A stretch of DNA of 22,961 bases from Acidobacteriota bacterium (GCA_036507075.1 DASXQR010000121.1:1-22961); one strand, 5' to 3'. Counted from the first letter of the stretch, positions 8,937-17,590 are shown. Notes: generated by a model from the sequence alone, not told the origin. Made by a program: numbers and translations.

Positions 8937-9018
8937 AAAGCTTTGGACTCCCCCCAAACCCTGTTGCATGGCTCACCACGCTGTGTTATCAGTTAGGTGC
9001 TGAGGAGATGGGCGCTAA

Positions 9019-9804
9019 ATGGCGGTGACGGTCAATATCCTGGGCAGTGGAAGCTCCGGAAATGCCGCCGTTATCTCAAGCTCCCGAACCCGGCTGATGT
9101 TTGACATCGGCTTCAGCAAGAAAGAGATGCTGCAACGGTTGGAACAGGTGCGCATCTCTCCCCAATCCATCAAAGCAATCTTCGTTTCCCACGAACATCA
9201 CGATCACACCTGCGGGCTCAAGGGCTTTTCGAAAGAATTCCAGACGCCTGTTTTCATGACCGCGGGCACCCAGAGCGCTGCAGGATTGAAAAAGAACATC
9301 GGACCGCTGCAGAACATCTGCGCAGGCCACGCGGTCTGCTTCGAAGACTTCATAGTGACGCCCCTGGAAGTTCCCCACGACGCCCGGGAACCGGTGGCCT
9401 TTCTCATTCAGGTGGAAGGGATCAAGATTGCGCTGCTCACCGACCTGGGAGAAATCACCGCGGCCATCAGCCGTCAGCTCAGAGGATGCCACTGCCTGAT
9501 CCTGGAGTCCAATCACGATGTTGACATGCTGCGCGTGGGGCCATATCCCTGGATCATCAAACAACGCGTCATGAGCTGCCAGGGACACCTTTCTAACACG
9601 GCTGCAGCGAGCTTCCTGGCGAACGATTACGATGGAGAAGCCGAGTACATCGTACTGGCCCACATCAGCCAGATTAACAATCATCCCGAGATCGCGCTGC
9701 TTTCCGCCCGTGAGGCTCTGCACTCGCGCCGCCGGCGAAGACTTTTCGGTTCGCACTTGAGAATGGCCGGCCAGGACGTCCCTGCAGAATCGGTTGTCCT
9801 CTGA
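9019..9804 (+). CDS. MBL-fold metallo-hydrolase, YycJ/WalJ-like
   Basis: LGSGSSGN, SHEHHDH, PHDA, TDLG, ESNHD, GHLSN and LAHISQINN motifs; GAGGAG RBS. Confidence 0.9.
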   Translation: MAVTVNILGSGSSGNAAVISSSRTRLMFDIGFSKKEMLQRLEQVRISPQSIKAIFVSHEHHDHTCGLKGFSKEFQTPVFMTAGTQSAAGLKKNIGPLQNICAGHAVCFEDFIVTPLEVPHDAREPVAFLIQVEGIKIALLTDLGEITAAISRQLRGCHCLILESNHDVDMLRVGPYPWIIKQRVMSCQGHLSNTAAASFLANDYDGEAEYIVLAHISQINNHPEIALLSAREALHSRRRRRLFGSHLRMAGQDVPAESVVL

Positions 9805-11102
9805 TGATTCCTCGCTACACGCTCCCGGAGATGGAGCGAATCTGGACGGAAGAAAATAAGTTTCAGAAGTGGCTCGACGTGGAGATCGCCGTGTGCGAGG
9901 AGCTGGCGGCGCGCGGTCAAATCCCTCCCCAGGCCCTGGCGGAGATCAAACAGAAAGCGCGTTTCTCGGTGGCGCGCATCAAAGAGATTGAGCACGACGT
10001 GCGCCATGACGTAATCGCATTTCTGAGCGCCGTCTCCGAAAACGTGGGGGATGCTTCGCGCTATATTCATCTGGGCCTCACTTCAACCGATGTAGTCGAC
10101 ACGGCCCAGGCGCTGCAGTTCAAGGAGGCGTGCGATCTGATCCGAAAGGAAATCGATGCGCTCATGCAAACGCTTCGCACCCAGGCGGAGCGCTATCGCC
10201 GGACTCCCATGATTGGACGCACTCACGGGATGCACGCCGAACCCACCACGCTGGGGCTGAAGTTTGCGCTCTGGTACTCGGAAATGCAGCGCAACCTGCG
10301 CCGCTTAGAAGCGGCCGGCCGCGCGGTTTGCTGCGGGAAAATATCGGGCGCGGTGGGGACCTTCGCGCATCTTCCTCCCGATATCGAGGAGCGCGTGTGC
10401 GCGCGCCTGGGAATCGACTTTGCGCCTGTGAGCACGCAGACACTGCAGCGCGACCGCCACGCCGAATTCATCGCGACTCTGGCCATTCTGAGCTCCACGT
10501 ACGACAAAATCGCGACAGAAATTCGTCACCTGCAGCGCACTGAAGTCGCCGAGGCCGGCGAGCCTTTCGGTGATAAACAGATGGGCTCTTCGGCTATGCC
10601 GCACAAGAAAAATCCGGTGACATGTGAGCAGATTTGCGGACTGAGCCGCGTGCTGCGCGGTTTTGTGGTTCCGGCGCTGGAAAACGTGGCCCTGTGGCAC
10701 GAGCGCGACATTTCCCATTCTTCAGCAGAGCGCGTGATATTCCCCGATGCCACCATACTGGCGCAGTATCTGACCCGCCGGATGAACTGGGTGCTCTCGG
10801 GCTTGCGCGTCGATGAAGGCCGCATGCTGGAGAATCTGCGTATCTCCAAGGGAGCGATATTCTCGGGCCAGTTGCTGCTGGAACTGGCTCGCAAAGGAGT
10901 GCTGCGCGAGGATGCTTATCGCTGGGTGCAGCGCAACGCGCTGGAGGCGTCAGATCAGAAATTCGATTTCCGTGAGATGGTTTCGAAAGATTCGGAGATC
11001 TCCGCCCACCTGAGCCCGGAGGAAATCAAACGAATATTCGATCTGGACTTCTACTTTCGGAATGTGGATCGGATCTATGAAAGGCTATTTGGCGCCGGCT
11101 AA
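9804..11102 (+). CDS. purB: Adenylosuccinate lyase
   Basis: MIPRY start, RHDVIAF, IHLGLTSTDVVDT, GRTHGMHAEPTT, GSSAMPHKKNP and WHERDISHSS. TGATG overlap with the upstream gene. Confidence 0.97.
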   Translation: MIPRYTLPEMERIWTEENKFQKWLDVEIAVCEELAARGQIPPQALAEIKQKARFSVARIKEIEHDVRHDVIAFLSAVSENVGDASRYIHLGLTSTDVVDTAQALQFKEACDLIRKEIDALMQTLRTQAERYRRTPMIGRTHGMHAEPTTLGLKFALWYSEMQRNLRRLEAAGRAVCCGKISGAVGTFAHLPPDIEERVCARLGIDFAPVSTQTLQRDRHAEFIATLAILSSTYDKIATEIRHLQRTEVAEAGEPFGDKQMGSSAMPHKKNPVTCEQICGLSRVLRGFVVPALENVALWHERDISHSSAERVIFPDATILAQYLTRRMNWVLSGLRVDEGRMLENLRISKGAIFSGQLLLELARKGVLREDAYRWVQRNALEASDQKFDFREMVSKDSEISAHLSPEEIKRIFDLDFYFRNVDRIYERLFGAG

Positions 11103-11116
11103 TTATCACTCCAGAT

Positions 11117-11190
11117 GCTGTTTGTTGGCTTGGTGCCTTGGTGGTTCAAAAGCGATTTAACCACCAAGGCGCCAAGCCAGCTCAACGGCA
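11117..11190. repeat. Palindrome with AACCACCAAG-type arms in reversed (tail-out) arrangement
   Basis: TGGCTTGGTGCCTTGGTGGTT-N12-AACCACCAAGGCGCCAAGCCA, starting 14 bp after the purB stop. Confidence 0.9.
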
Positions 11191-11193
11191 CAT

Positions 11194-11241
11194 TAGCGAT
11201 GTCCTGGATTATTCCGGTAGCGATGCCCTGGATTATTCCGG
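11194..11241. repeat. 24-bp tandem duplication
   Basis: TAGCGATGTCCTGGATTATTCCGG followed by TAGCGATGCCCTGGATTATTCCGG (one mismatch). Confidence 0.95.
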
Positions 11242-11328
11242 CCTGCACTTGCAAACCTGCATTTTTCAGTCGCTCCCTTGCGCCGGCATGGACTGTTCGC
11301 TAACCTTTCTACAGGACCCGGCGTTCAT

Positions 11329-12393
11329 ATGGCTCAGTGCAATGGCTGTCTCCCTCGAATCTCCTCGCTGGCCACTGTCGTTCCCGAGCATCGGATTCCG
11401 CAGAAGCTGGTCAAAGAAATCTGCCGAAGCTATTTTCAGTCGCTCCCGAAGATCGACCTCTTTTTGCCCATTTTCGACCATGCAGAAGTTGAGTTCCGGC
11501 ACTTTTGTTTCCCGCCGGAATATTACTTGTCCCCGCGCGATTTTGAGACGCGCAATCGCGATTATCTGGAAAAAGCCATCGGCCTCTGCATGCAGGGCAT
11601 CCAGGGCGTGCTGAGAAACGAGCCGGTCAACTCGGTTGATCATGTTGTGTGCATCACCACTACGGGGGTTCAGACTCCGAGCCTCGAGGCGCATCTTTTT
11701 AACCGCGCAGGACTTCGTTCCGACATCCGGCGTTCGCCTGTGTTTGGCATCGGCTGCGCCGGGGGTGTCAATTCCATCGCCCTGGCGCGCGATTATGCGC
11801 TGGCCCATCCCGACTCGCGCACTCTGGTCATTTCTGTGGAATTGTGCGGGCAGACGTTCCAGAAGGGAGATTTCAGCGCCAAGAACATCGTCGCCACCTC
11901 GCTGTTTGGCGATGGTGTGGCCGTCCTCTTGATCGACGGAGCAGGCCGCGGCACGAGCGGCATGACCCTGCTTGGCAACCGCTCCGAGTTGATTCCCGAT
12001 TCGCTGGATGTGATGGGTTGGGAGGTGACGCAAAATGGGCTGGAGTTGGTCCTGTCGCAGAAGATCGATGACTACGTGCGCGATTATCTTCCTGCCATCG
12101 TGAAGCGTTTTCTGGACGATAACTCCGTCCGCTTTGAAGATATCGATTATTTCATCTTCCATCCAGGCGGTCCCAAGATCATGCGCGCCTACGAAGAAGT
12201 TTTCCCGCTGCCACCCGATGCGCTTCGATTCACGCGCCACATCCTGCGCTGCTATGGCAACATGTCATCAGCGTCCGTGTTGTTCATCCTGAAGGACGTC
12301 CTGGACCGGGCCCGGCCGGAACCGGGCCAGCTTGGGCTGATGGCCGCCATGGGTCCGGGTTTCGCGGCTGAACTGGCGCTGCTGCAATTCTGA
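11329..12393 (+). CDS. Type III polyketide synthase (chalcone-synthase-like; BpsA/SrsA/RppA family)
   Basis: Catalytic triad in GIGCAGG, FHPGGPKI and YGNMSS; also SVELC, LFGDG and GPGF. ATG at 11329 after ACAGGA is preferred to the TTG at 11278. Confidence 0.92.
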   Translation: MAQCNGCLPRISSLATVVPEHRIPQKLVKEICRSYFQSLPKIDLFLPIFDHAEVEFRHFCFPPEYYLSPRDFETRNRDYLEKAIGLCMQGIQGVLRNEPVNSVDHVVCITTTGVQTPSLEAHLFNRAGLRSDIRRSPVFGIGCAGGVNSIALARDYALAHPDSRTLVISVELCGQTFQKGDFSAKNIVATSLFGDGVAVLLIDGAGRGTSGMTLLGNRSELIPDSLDVMGWEVTQNGLELVLSQKIDDYVRDYLPAIVKRFLDDNSVRFEDIDYFIFHPGGPKIMRAYEEVFPLPPDALRFTRHILRCYGNMSSASVLFILKDVLDRARPEPGQLGLMAAMGPGFAAELALLQF

Positions 12394-12496
12394 AAGGCGC
12401 TAAAGACTGAACCGCCAAGAACGCCAAGAACGCTAAGATTTTTTTATGGAAATCTTGGCGTTCTTCGCGTTCTTGGCGGTTCAATCTTTCGCCTTT
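12393..12496. repeat. 9-mer-arm palindrome between convergent genes
   Basis: TGAACCGCCAAGAACGCCAAGAACGCTAAGATTT / AAATCTTGGCGTTCTTCGCGTTCTTGGCGGTTCA, extended by AAAGGCG...AAAGA / TCTTTCGCCTTT. Confidence 0.95.
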
Positions 12497-13302
12497 GGAC
12501 CGAAATGCTCCGATAAAGCATAGACCAGCGGCCCCATTTTTGGGTGGGAAGGGATGACGGCCGGAATAATGCCGAATTCTTTAAGCGTCGCCGTACAGGT
12601 AGGACCGACCGAAGCAACCACTACTTTCTCGCGCATCGCTCCGGCAAGCTGCCGTTCCTGGCCAAGGTCGGCAGCTATTTGGAAAAGATGTCGAATCTGA
12701 ATCTGATTGGTGAACGCGATGGCATCTACACGCCCGCCGACTACTTCATCGACCAGATTCCTGAGGGAAGTCAAGTCTTCGGGCAGCAGCCATTCATAAA
12801 GACAGATTTCCTCGACCAGAGATCCACTGCCCCGCAACGTGTCGGTCAACAGCGTATTGCGCTCGCCGTAGTGGATTACGGCGATCCTTTTACCCTCCGG
12901 ATGCAGAGCGGTCAGCGCTTCAACCAACTCGTGCGTGGTGTACGGCTCGCGCACAGCCGCCGAAATGGGAATGGCGTTTTGTTTCAGCACCGCCGTCGGT
13001 TTCGGCCCGCGACACACCGTGATTACGCCGCTCAGCAAAGCAATCAATTGTTCCCTTCGTTCAAGCCGCTCTGACTCGCGCAACAAGGCCTTGACGCCGA
13101 CTCCGGTTTGAAACACCACCATGTTCAGACGGCCCTGCTCGAGATGATCAATCAGCGCCTTGACTTGATCCGTGCAGTCGAGCGGAGATTCCCGGACTGC
13201 CGGGACACAGTACGGCGTGCCGCCTTGGCGCTGCACCAGCATGGCCAATTCGCTGCTCATGCGCGATTCCAACAACGCAATGCGCTTACCTTTCAGACTC
13301 AT
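12481..13302 (-). CDS. Uroporphyrinogen-III synthase (HemD)-family protein
   Basis: LKGKRIALLESR, FQTGVGV, CRGPKP, CLYEW, DAIAFTN, SVGPTC and PSHPKMGPLV match the two-lobed HemD fold. Confidence 0.85.
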   Translation of the reverse strand: MSLKGKRIALLESRMSSELAMLVQRQGGTPYCVPAVRESPLDCTDQVKALIDHLEQGRLNMVVFQTGVGVKALLRESERLERREQLIALLSGVITVCRGPKPTAVLKQNAIPISAAVREPYTTHELVEALTALHPEGKRIAVIHYGERNTLLTDTLRGSGSLVEEICLYEWLLPEDLTSLRNLVDEVVGGRVDAIAFTNQIQIRHLFQIAADLGQERQLAGAMREKVVVASVGPTCTATLKEFGIIPAVIPSHPKMGPLVYALSEHFGPKAKD

Positions 13303-13680
13303 GACTTTAGTAAGTCTGATAGAACCCCAGATGCCTTCTCATTGGCAAGAAATTTCGCGGGAAAAGAAAAAGAGCCGGAACCGCGAAGTCGCGAAATGTG
13401 CGATTACCTGTTTGGCGCATTCGCGATGAATTTTCAGGTGGACTACCAGTGCGAATAAACGAGCGGCAGGCGCGCCGGATTGACCGTGACGGCGGGAGGT
13501 CCGGAAAGTCCGTTCGCCTCGGCAGGAGGTTCGATGATTGCGCCTGCCCGGGAATCAGCTTCGGAACCGTCACAAAACAAATTTACCGGCGGCGCCCGCA
13601 AGCGGCTTTCAGAAGTTGTTCAGAATGTCAGCTCTGCAATGACATGTGGGAGCAGACCTCTTTAAAGCCGCCTAGCCTGA

Positions 13681-13696
13681 TGCAACACTCATTCCA
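13681..13696 (-). promoter_or_regulatory. Candidate sigma-54 (-24/-12) promoter
   Basis: Minus strand TGGAATGAGTGTTGCA: GG-N10-GC with TTGCA intact and two mismatches to TGGCACG-N4-TTGCW. Confidence 0.55.
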
Positions 13697-13972
13697 TACC
13701 GGGAAGGCCGTGGAGGGTGCGCGCTGAATTCTTAACAAATCCTTGCAAAGCCGTGACTTCCGGCGTGCACTGCGCGCTTGTAGGTATCGACGGGAAGATG
13801 AAGTGCGTCGACATGTTTGTCGCTTCCGTCCCGGCGGCTTACAAAAATGGAGGAAAACCGTAGGCGAGCAGGCGCCCGGACTATCGGGCAGTTGGCGGCC
13901 TAGTTTGTGCTACCCGCAAGGAAGGACTTCACCACAGGGGCTTAGCGCGGCGGAGCGGCAACCAAAAGTCAA

Positions 13973-14043
13973 GGAGAGACGGCCTGAGGGCCGTCTCTCT
14001 GCGGTGCCCTGCCAAGCTGAGACGGCCCTCAGGCTGTCTCTCC
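13973..14043. repeat. REP doublet (two inverted hairpin units)
   Basis: GGAGAGACGGCCTGAGGGCCGTCTC and its inverse GAGACGGCCCTCAGGCTGTCTCTCC (24/25), 21-bp spacer. Each unit is itself a hairpin. Confidence 0.9.
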
Positions 14044-14165
14044 GCTCCCGAATAATTTGCGCAGGCCGCGAAAATTCTCATGGTTAGTAACTCGACCACT
14101 ACCGGGTTTAACCAAAATTGACTTAGCCGGCCCGTCTGATGTATCTAGAGATAGCTGTTCCGTTA

Positions 14166-16001
14166 ATGAGGCGAGCCACGCATCGAATCCTGCTGTTTTT
14201 GGCGATAACAGGGCTTCTTCTGTGCACTGCTGCGTTCAGCAGCGATCCCTACTGCCCTGCCTACCCCGTTTCGCTTCGCCAGGTTGACAAAGAGAGCCGC
14301 CAGCAAGAGCGTCTCTTTCACCAGTTCTCGACCCTTAAGCATCGCCCGCTGGTGCGCGACGTTGCCGCCGCAAACTTCATTGACGACCACATCTTCGGCA
14401 AGATGCTGGCCGATGGTATTGAGCCGGCGCCACTTACCACGGATTCCGAGTTTCTGCGACGTGTCAGTATGGACTTGACGGGCCGCATCCCTGCGCCCGA
14501 GGCGGTGGAAGCCTTCGTACGGGATGCAAACCCGGACAAGAGAGCTGCGATGGTGGACGCTCTGGTCGGATCGGAAGCGTTTGTTGATCAGTGGACCTTC
14601 TTCTTCGCCAATCAGTTCGAGGTCGGCAGCACTTATTACAACTTCATAGGCATCCCGGGTCGCAATTTGTTTTACCGCTATTTGCGTGAATTTGTTGCGC
14701 TGGACAGACCCTACCGGGACGTTATGGCAGAGCTTGTTGCAGCGGCAGGGAATTCTCACAAATTCGGGCCGCCGAACTTCCTGATCCGCGGATTTCAGCA
14801 AGGCGATCCCATCCAGGACACATGGGACACGCTTACCGACCGGGTGACTCTGAAATTTCTCGGCGTCAAGACCGAATGTGTCTCCTGCCACAACGGCGCA
14901 GGGCATCTGGAAGCCATCAACTTGTATCTCTCCCGGCGCACGCGGGAAGAGTTCTGGAGACAGTCTGCTTTTTTCTCGCGGCTGAATCTGTGGCTCACGC
15001 CGGTGGACGTTTTCAGCCAGCAGTTTCGCGGATTCATTTGGGACCGGCTGACCGGCGGTTATCACGGAAGCGTAGACCCGAACAATCCCGGGCCGCGGCC
15101 GGCTCGCGAAGGAGGTCCCTTCGAGCCGGCTTACATGTTCACAGGCGAGCGCACCAGAAACGGCGAATGGCGCAAGGAGCTGGCCCGGATGTTGGGGTCC
15201 GATCGCCAGTTTGCGCGGGCCACGGTGAATTACATCTGGAGTCGTTTCTTTACTATCGGGATTGTGGATCCGCCGGACGGCTGGGACCTGGCAAGAATCG
15301 ATCCCAGGAATCCGCCTCCCCCGCCATGGACCCTGCAGCCGTCGCATCCGGAACTGCTGGAAGCGCTGGCCGATGAATTTATCCGCAGTAACTACAGCAT
15401 CCGGCGAATCATCGGTCTGATTGCCAAGTCCAATGCGTATCAGTTGTCCAGCCGCTATCCGGGCACATGGAAGCCGGAGTACGAGCGCTATTTTGCAAAG
15501 CATATTCCGCGCCGCATGACGGCCGAAGAGATTTACGACGCAGTCAGCATCGCGACGATGACGGAAACACCGATGGTGATCGAGGGTTTTGACCAGCCGC
15601 TCTATTACGCCAACCAGCTACCCGATCCGAGCGAGCCGCGTTACGACTACAACGTGTTTGACTTTCTGTTCAACTTTGGCCGCGGGGACTGGTTTCTACT
15701 GCAGCGCAACCCGAAAACCAGCGTTATTCAGTTGCTCTATCTCATGAATGACGGGAGGGTGAATTTCCGGCTGCTTGGGAATCGAAGCGGCAGCGGCAGC
15801 ACGCGGGTGGCAGTACTGGCTCAGTCGCTGCAGAATGACGACGAGGTAGTGCGCCAGCTTTTTCTGTCCACGCTCAGTCGCTATCCGAGCCAGGAAGAAT
15901 TGGCGACGGCTATGACCCGCAAGCGGGACGATCGTGAGCTGTGGCTCTCAGATCTGCAGTGGGCGCTTTTAAATAAGCTCGATTTTATTTTTAACTATTA
16001 A
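14166..16001 (+). CDS. DUF1549/DUF1553 (planctomycete PSCyt2/PSD1-type) exported protein with one CxxCH
   Basis: Signal peptide; NFIDDHI...DSEFLRRVSMDLTGRIP, CVSCH, FARATVNYIW, PSHPELLEALADEF, RRMTAEEIYD and C-terminal DLQWALLNKLDFIFNY. The start could be 14139. Confidence 0.88.
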   Translation: MRRATHRILLFLAITGLLLCTAAFSSDPYCPAYPVSLRQVDKESRQQERLFHQFSTLKHRPLVRDVAAANFIDDHIFGKMLADGIEPAPLTTDSEFLRRVSMDLTGRIPAPEAVEAFVRDANPDKRAAMVDALVGSEAFVDQWTFFFANQFEVGSTYYNFIGIPGRNLFYRYLREFVALDRPYRDVMAELVAAAGNSHKFGPPNFLIRGFQQGDPIQDTWDTLTDRVTLKFLGVKTECVSCHNGAGHLEAINLYLSRRTREEFWRQSAFFSRLNLWLTPVDVFSQQFRGFIWDRLTGGYHGSVDPNNPGPRPAREGGPFEPAYMFTGERTRNGEWRKELARMLGSDRQFARATVNYIWSRFFTIGIVDPPDGWDLARIDPRNPPPPPWTLQPSHPELLEALADEFIRSNYSIRRIIGLIAKSNAYQLSSRYPGTWKPEYERYFAKHIPRRMTAEEIYDAVSIATMTETPMVIEGFDQPLYYANQLPDPSEPRYDYNVFDFLFNFGRGDWFLLQRNPKTSVIQLLYLMNDGRVNFRLLGNRSGSGSTRVAVLAQSLQNDDEVVRQLFLSTLSRYPSQEELATAMTRKRDDRELWLSDLQWALLNKLDFIFNY

Positions 16002-16002
16002 A

Positions 16003-16236
16003 ACCCGGAGGTCAGAATCCGAGCCGCGCGCGTCAGCAAGCGGACCTTCAGCGGAGAGTGCCACGAAGCGACGAAGGCACGAAGAATCGCTGTTCATTCT
16101 GAAGTGACACTTCTCATAACTCGATTCGGGTTGTCTGAGAAGTGGCACCTCTAAATCAATAGTTATCCTTCGTGTCTTCGTGGCGAAACTACCCGCGGAG
16201 GGTCCGCTTGCTTACGCGCGCGGCTCGGACTTCGGG
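16003..16236. repeat. Multi-layer nested palindrome
   Basis: Outer arms 16018-16054 / 16193-16229; middle arms 16060-16094 / 16158-16184; inner arms 16101-16116 / 16136-16151. Confidence 0.92.
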
Positions 16237-16255
16237 CAGTGATAGAGGAGATGCA

Positions 16256-17590
16256 ATGAAGAACTGTGCCAGTTGCAACAAGATCACGCGCCGGCAATGG
16301 ATTTCAGGAATGACTGCCTGGGCGGCGCTGGCCGCGCTCACAAAGCGGGGCGATGCGCAGATTGCCTCTTCTCAGGTGAACGTTCAGGGTACCGCGCGGG
16401 CCTGCATCTTCATCAACCTGAGTGGCGCTCCAAGCCATCTGGACACATTCGATGTAAAGGACGCCCCTTGGAATCCTGCGGACGTAAATCTGAGACAGCA
16501 CGCGGGCGGCATTGTGCTCTCCAATACTCTGTTTCCTGAAATCTCCAAAATTGCAGGCGACCTGTGCCTGCTGCGCTCGGTGGTCAGTTGGGAAGCCGCT
16601 CACGAGCGGGGACAGTTCTATCTGCAGACAGCCCACCCGTCAAACCCCGCGTTCGTTACAGAAACCCCCCATATCGGCGCCGTAGTGGCGCTCGAGCGCG
16701 GCGGTTCCGGGCCCGTTCCACCCTTCTTAACCTTGAATGGGACCACGCGCCAGGGCGCCGGCTTTCTGGATGGAAGGGTCGCGCCGGTCTCGCCGCCTCT
16801 GAATCCGGGAGGATTGAGTAACTTCGAGCACCAGAATCTGAGCAAAATCCAGTTTGATGAGAAATATCGACTGCTCGAAGATCTCGACGCCGCGCTTCGG
16901 GCCGCCCCTTACGACAAGTCCATGGCGGATCATGTGGCGTTCTATCGATCGGCCAGGCAGCTCATGTACGATCCTTCCGTGTCGGCGGTGTTCAGATTTA
17001 CGGCCGATGAGGAACGACGTTACGGCGGCACTCAATTCGCCCGCGCCTGCATCGTGGCGCGCAACGCCGTGAAGGCGAAAAATGGAGCGGTCTTTATCAA
17101 CATCGATTATGGTGGATGGGATACACACCAGAACATGTTCGACCGTAAATACGCTCCCAATATGTATACGCTGTGCAACGAACTTGACCGGGGCGTGGGC
17201 GCGCTGGTGGAAGACCTGAAGCAGAGTGGAGATTTCAAGGAAACGCTGATCGTAATGATGGGTGAATTCGGACGTACGCCCGGACCGCTGAATGGCAGGG
17301 GAGGCCGGGATCACCACAAGAACGCTATGAGTGTCGCCATGCTGGGCGGCGGCGTCAAAGGTGCGACCATCATCGGGGCTACGGACGCAAACGGGGAACG
17401 CGTTGTCGAGCCGGGCTGGAAGGCACAGCGGCACATCGTGATGGAAGACATCGCCGCCACGCTTTATTCGGCACTGGGCATCAATTGGACAAAGAGTATT
17501 ACCGACACTCCCACCGGCCGCAGATTTGAGTATGTGCCGTTTTCGAACAACTACACCGCGATCGATGAAGTTTTCCAGGCTAACGCTTAG
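16256..17590 (+). CDS. DUF1501 family protein with a Tat signal
   Basis: GAGGAG RBS before ATG 16256. ITRRQWI twin-arginine motif; CIFINLSGAPSHLDTFD, GGWDTH, GEFGRTP, GRDHH, LGGGVKG and DIAATLYSALGI. Confidence 0.9.
   Translation: MKNCASCNKITRRQWISGMTAWAALAALTKRGDAQIASSQVNVQGTARACIFINLSGAPSHLDTFDVKDAPWNPADVNLRQHAGGIVLSNTLFPEISKIAGDLCLLRSVVSWEAAHERGQFYLQTAHPSNPAFVTETPHIGAVVALERGGSGPVPPFLTLNGTTRQGAGFLDGRVAPVSPPLNPGGLSNFEHQNLSKIQFDEKYRLLEDLDAALRAAPYDKSMADHVAFYRSARQLMYDPSVSAVFRFTADEERRYGGTQFARACIVARNAVKAKNGAVFINIDYGGWDTHQNMFDRKYAPNMYTLCNELDRGVGALVEDLKQSGDFKETLIVMMGEFGRTPGPLNGRGGRDHHKNAMSVAMLGGGVKGATIIGATDANGERVVEPGWKAQRHIVMEDIAATLYSALGINWTKSITDTPTGRRFEYVPFSNNYTAIDEVFQANA

Noticed and set aside
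8964..8992. Sigma-70 promoter TTGCAT-N17-TATCAG for the MBL-purB operon
   Set aside because: Plausible, but the -10 element lacks the conserved final T, so it is too weak to call.
13303..13670. Cobalamin riboswitch or ANTAR hairpins upstream of the HemD-like gene
   Set aside because: No B12-box (GCCACTG) or twin hexaloop motif was seen on the minus strand.
13766..13782. NtrC-type enhancer TGCAC-N7-TTGTA upstream of the sigma-54 motif
   Set aside because: The position is suitable but the second half-site is a poor match.
13307..14087. Short ORFs 13307-13573, 13398-13727 and 13743-14087
   Set aside because: No recognisable motifs, and the Arg/Ser-rich composition is typical of non-coding GC-rich frames.
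3063..15503. Long antisense ORFs (3063-4061, 11266-12240, 14163-15503)
   Set aside because: They are shadow frames of well-supported genes on the opposite strand.
16172..16255. N-terminal extension of the DUF1501 ORF
   Set aside because: It lies in the palindrome arm. The RBS and Tat motif support ATG 16256.
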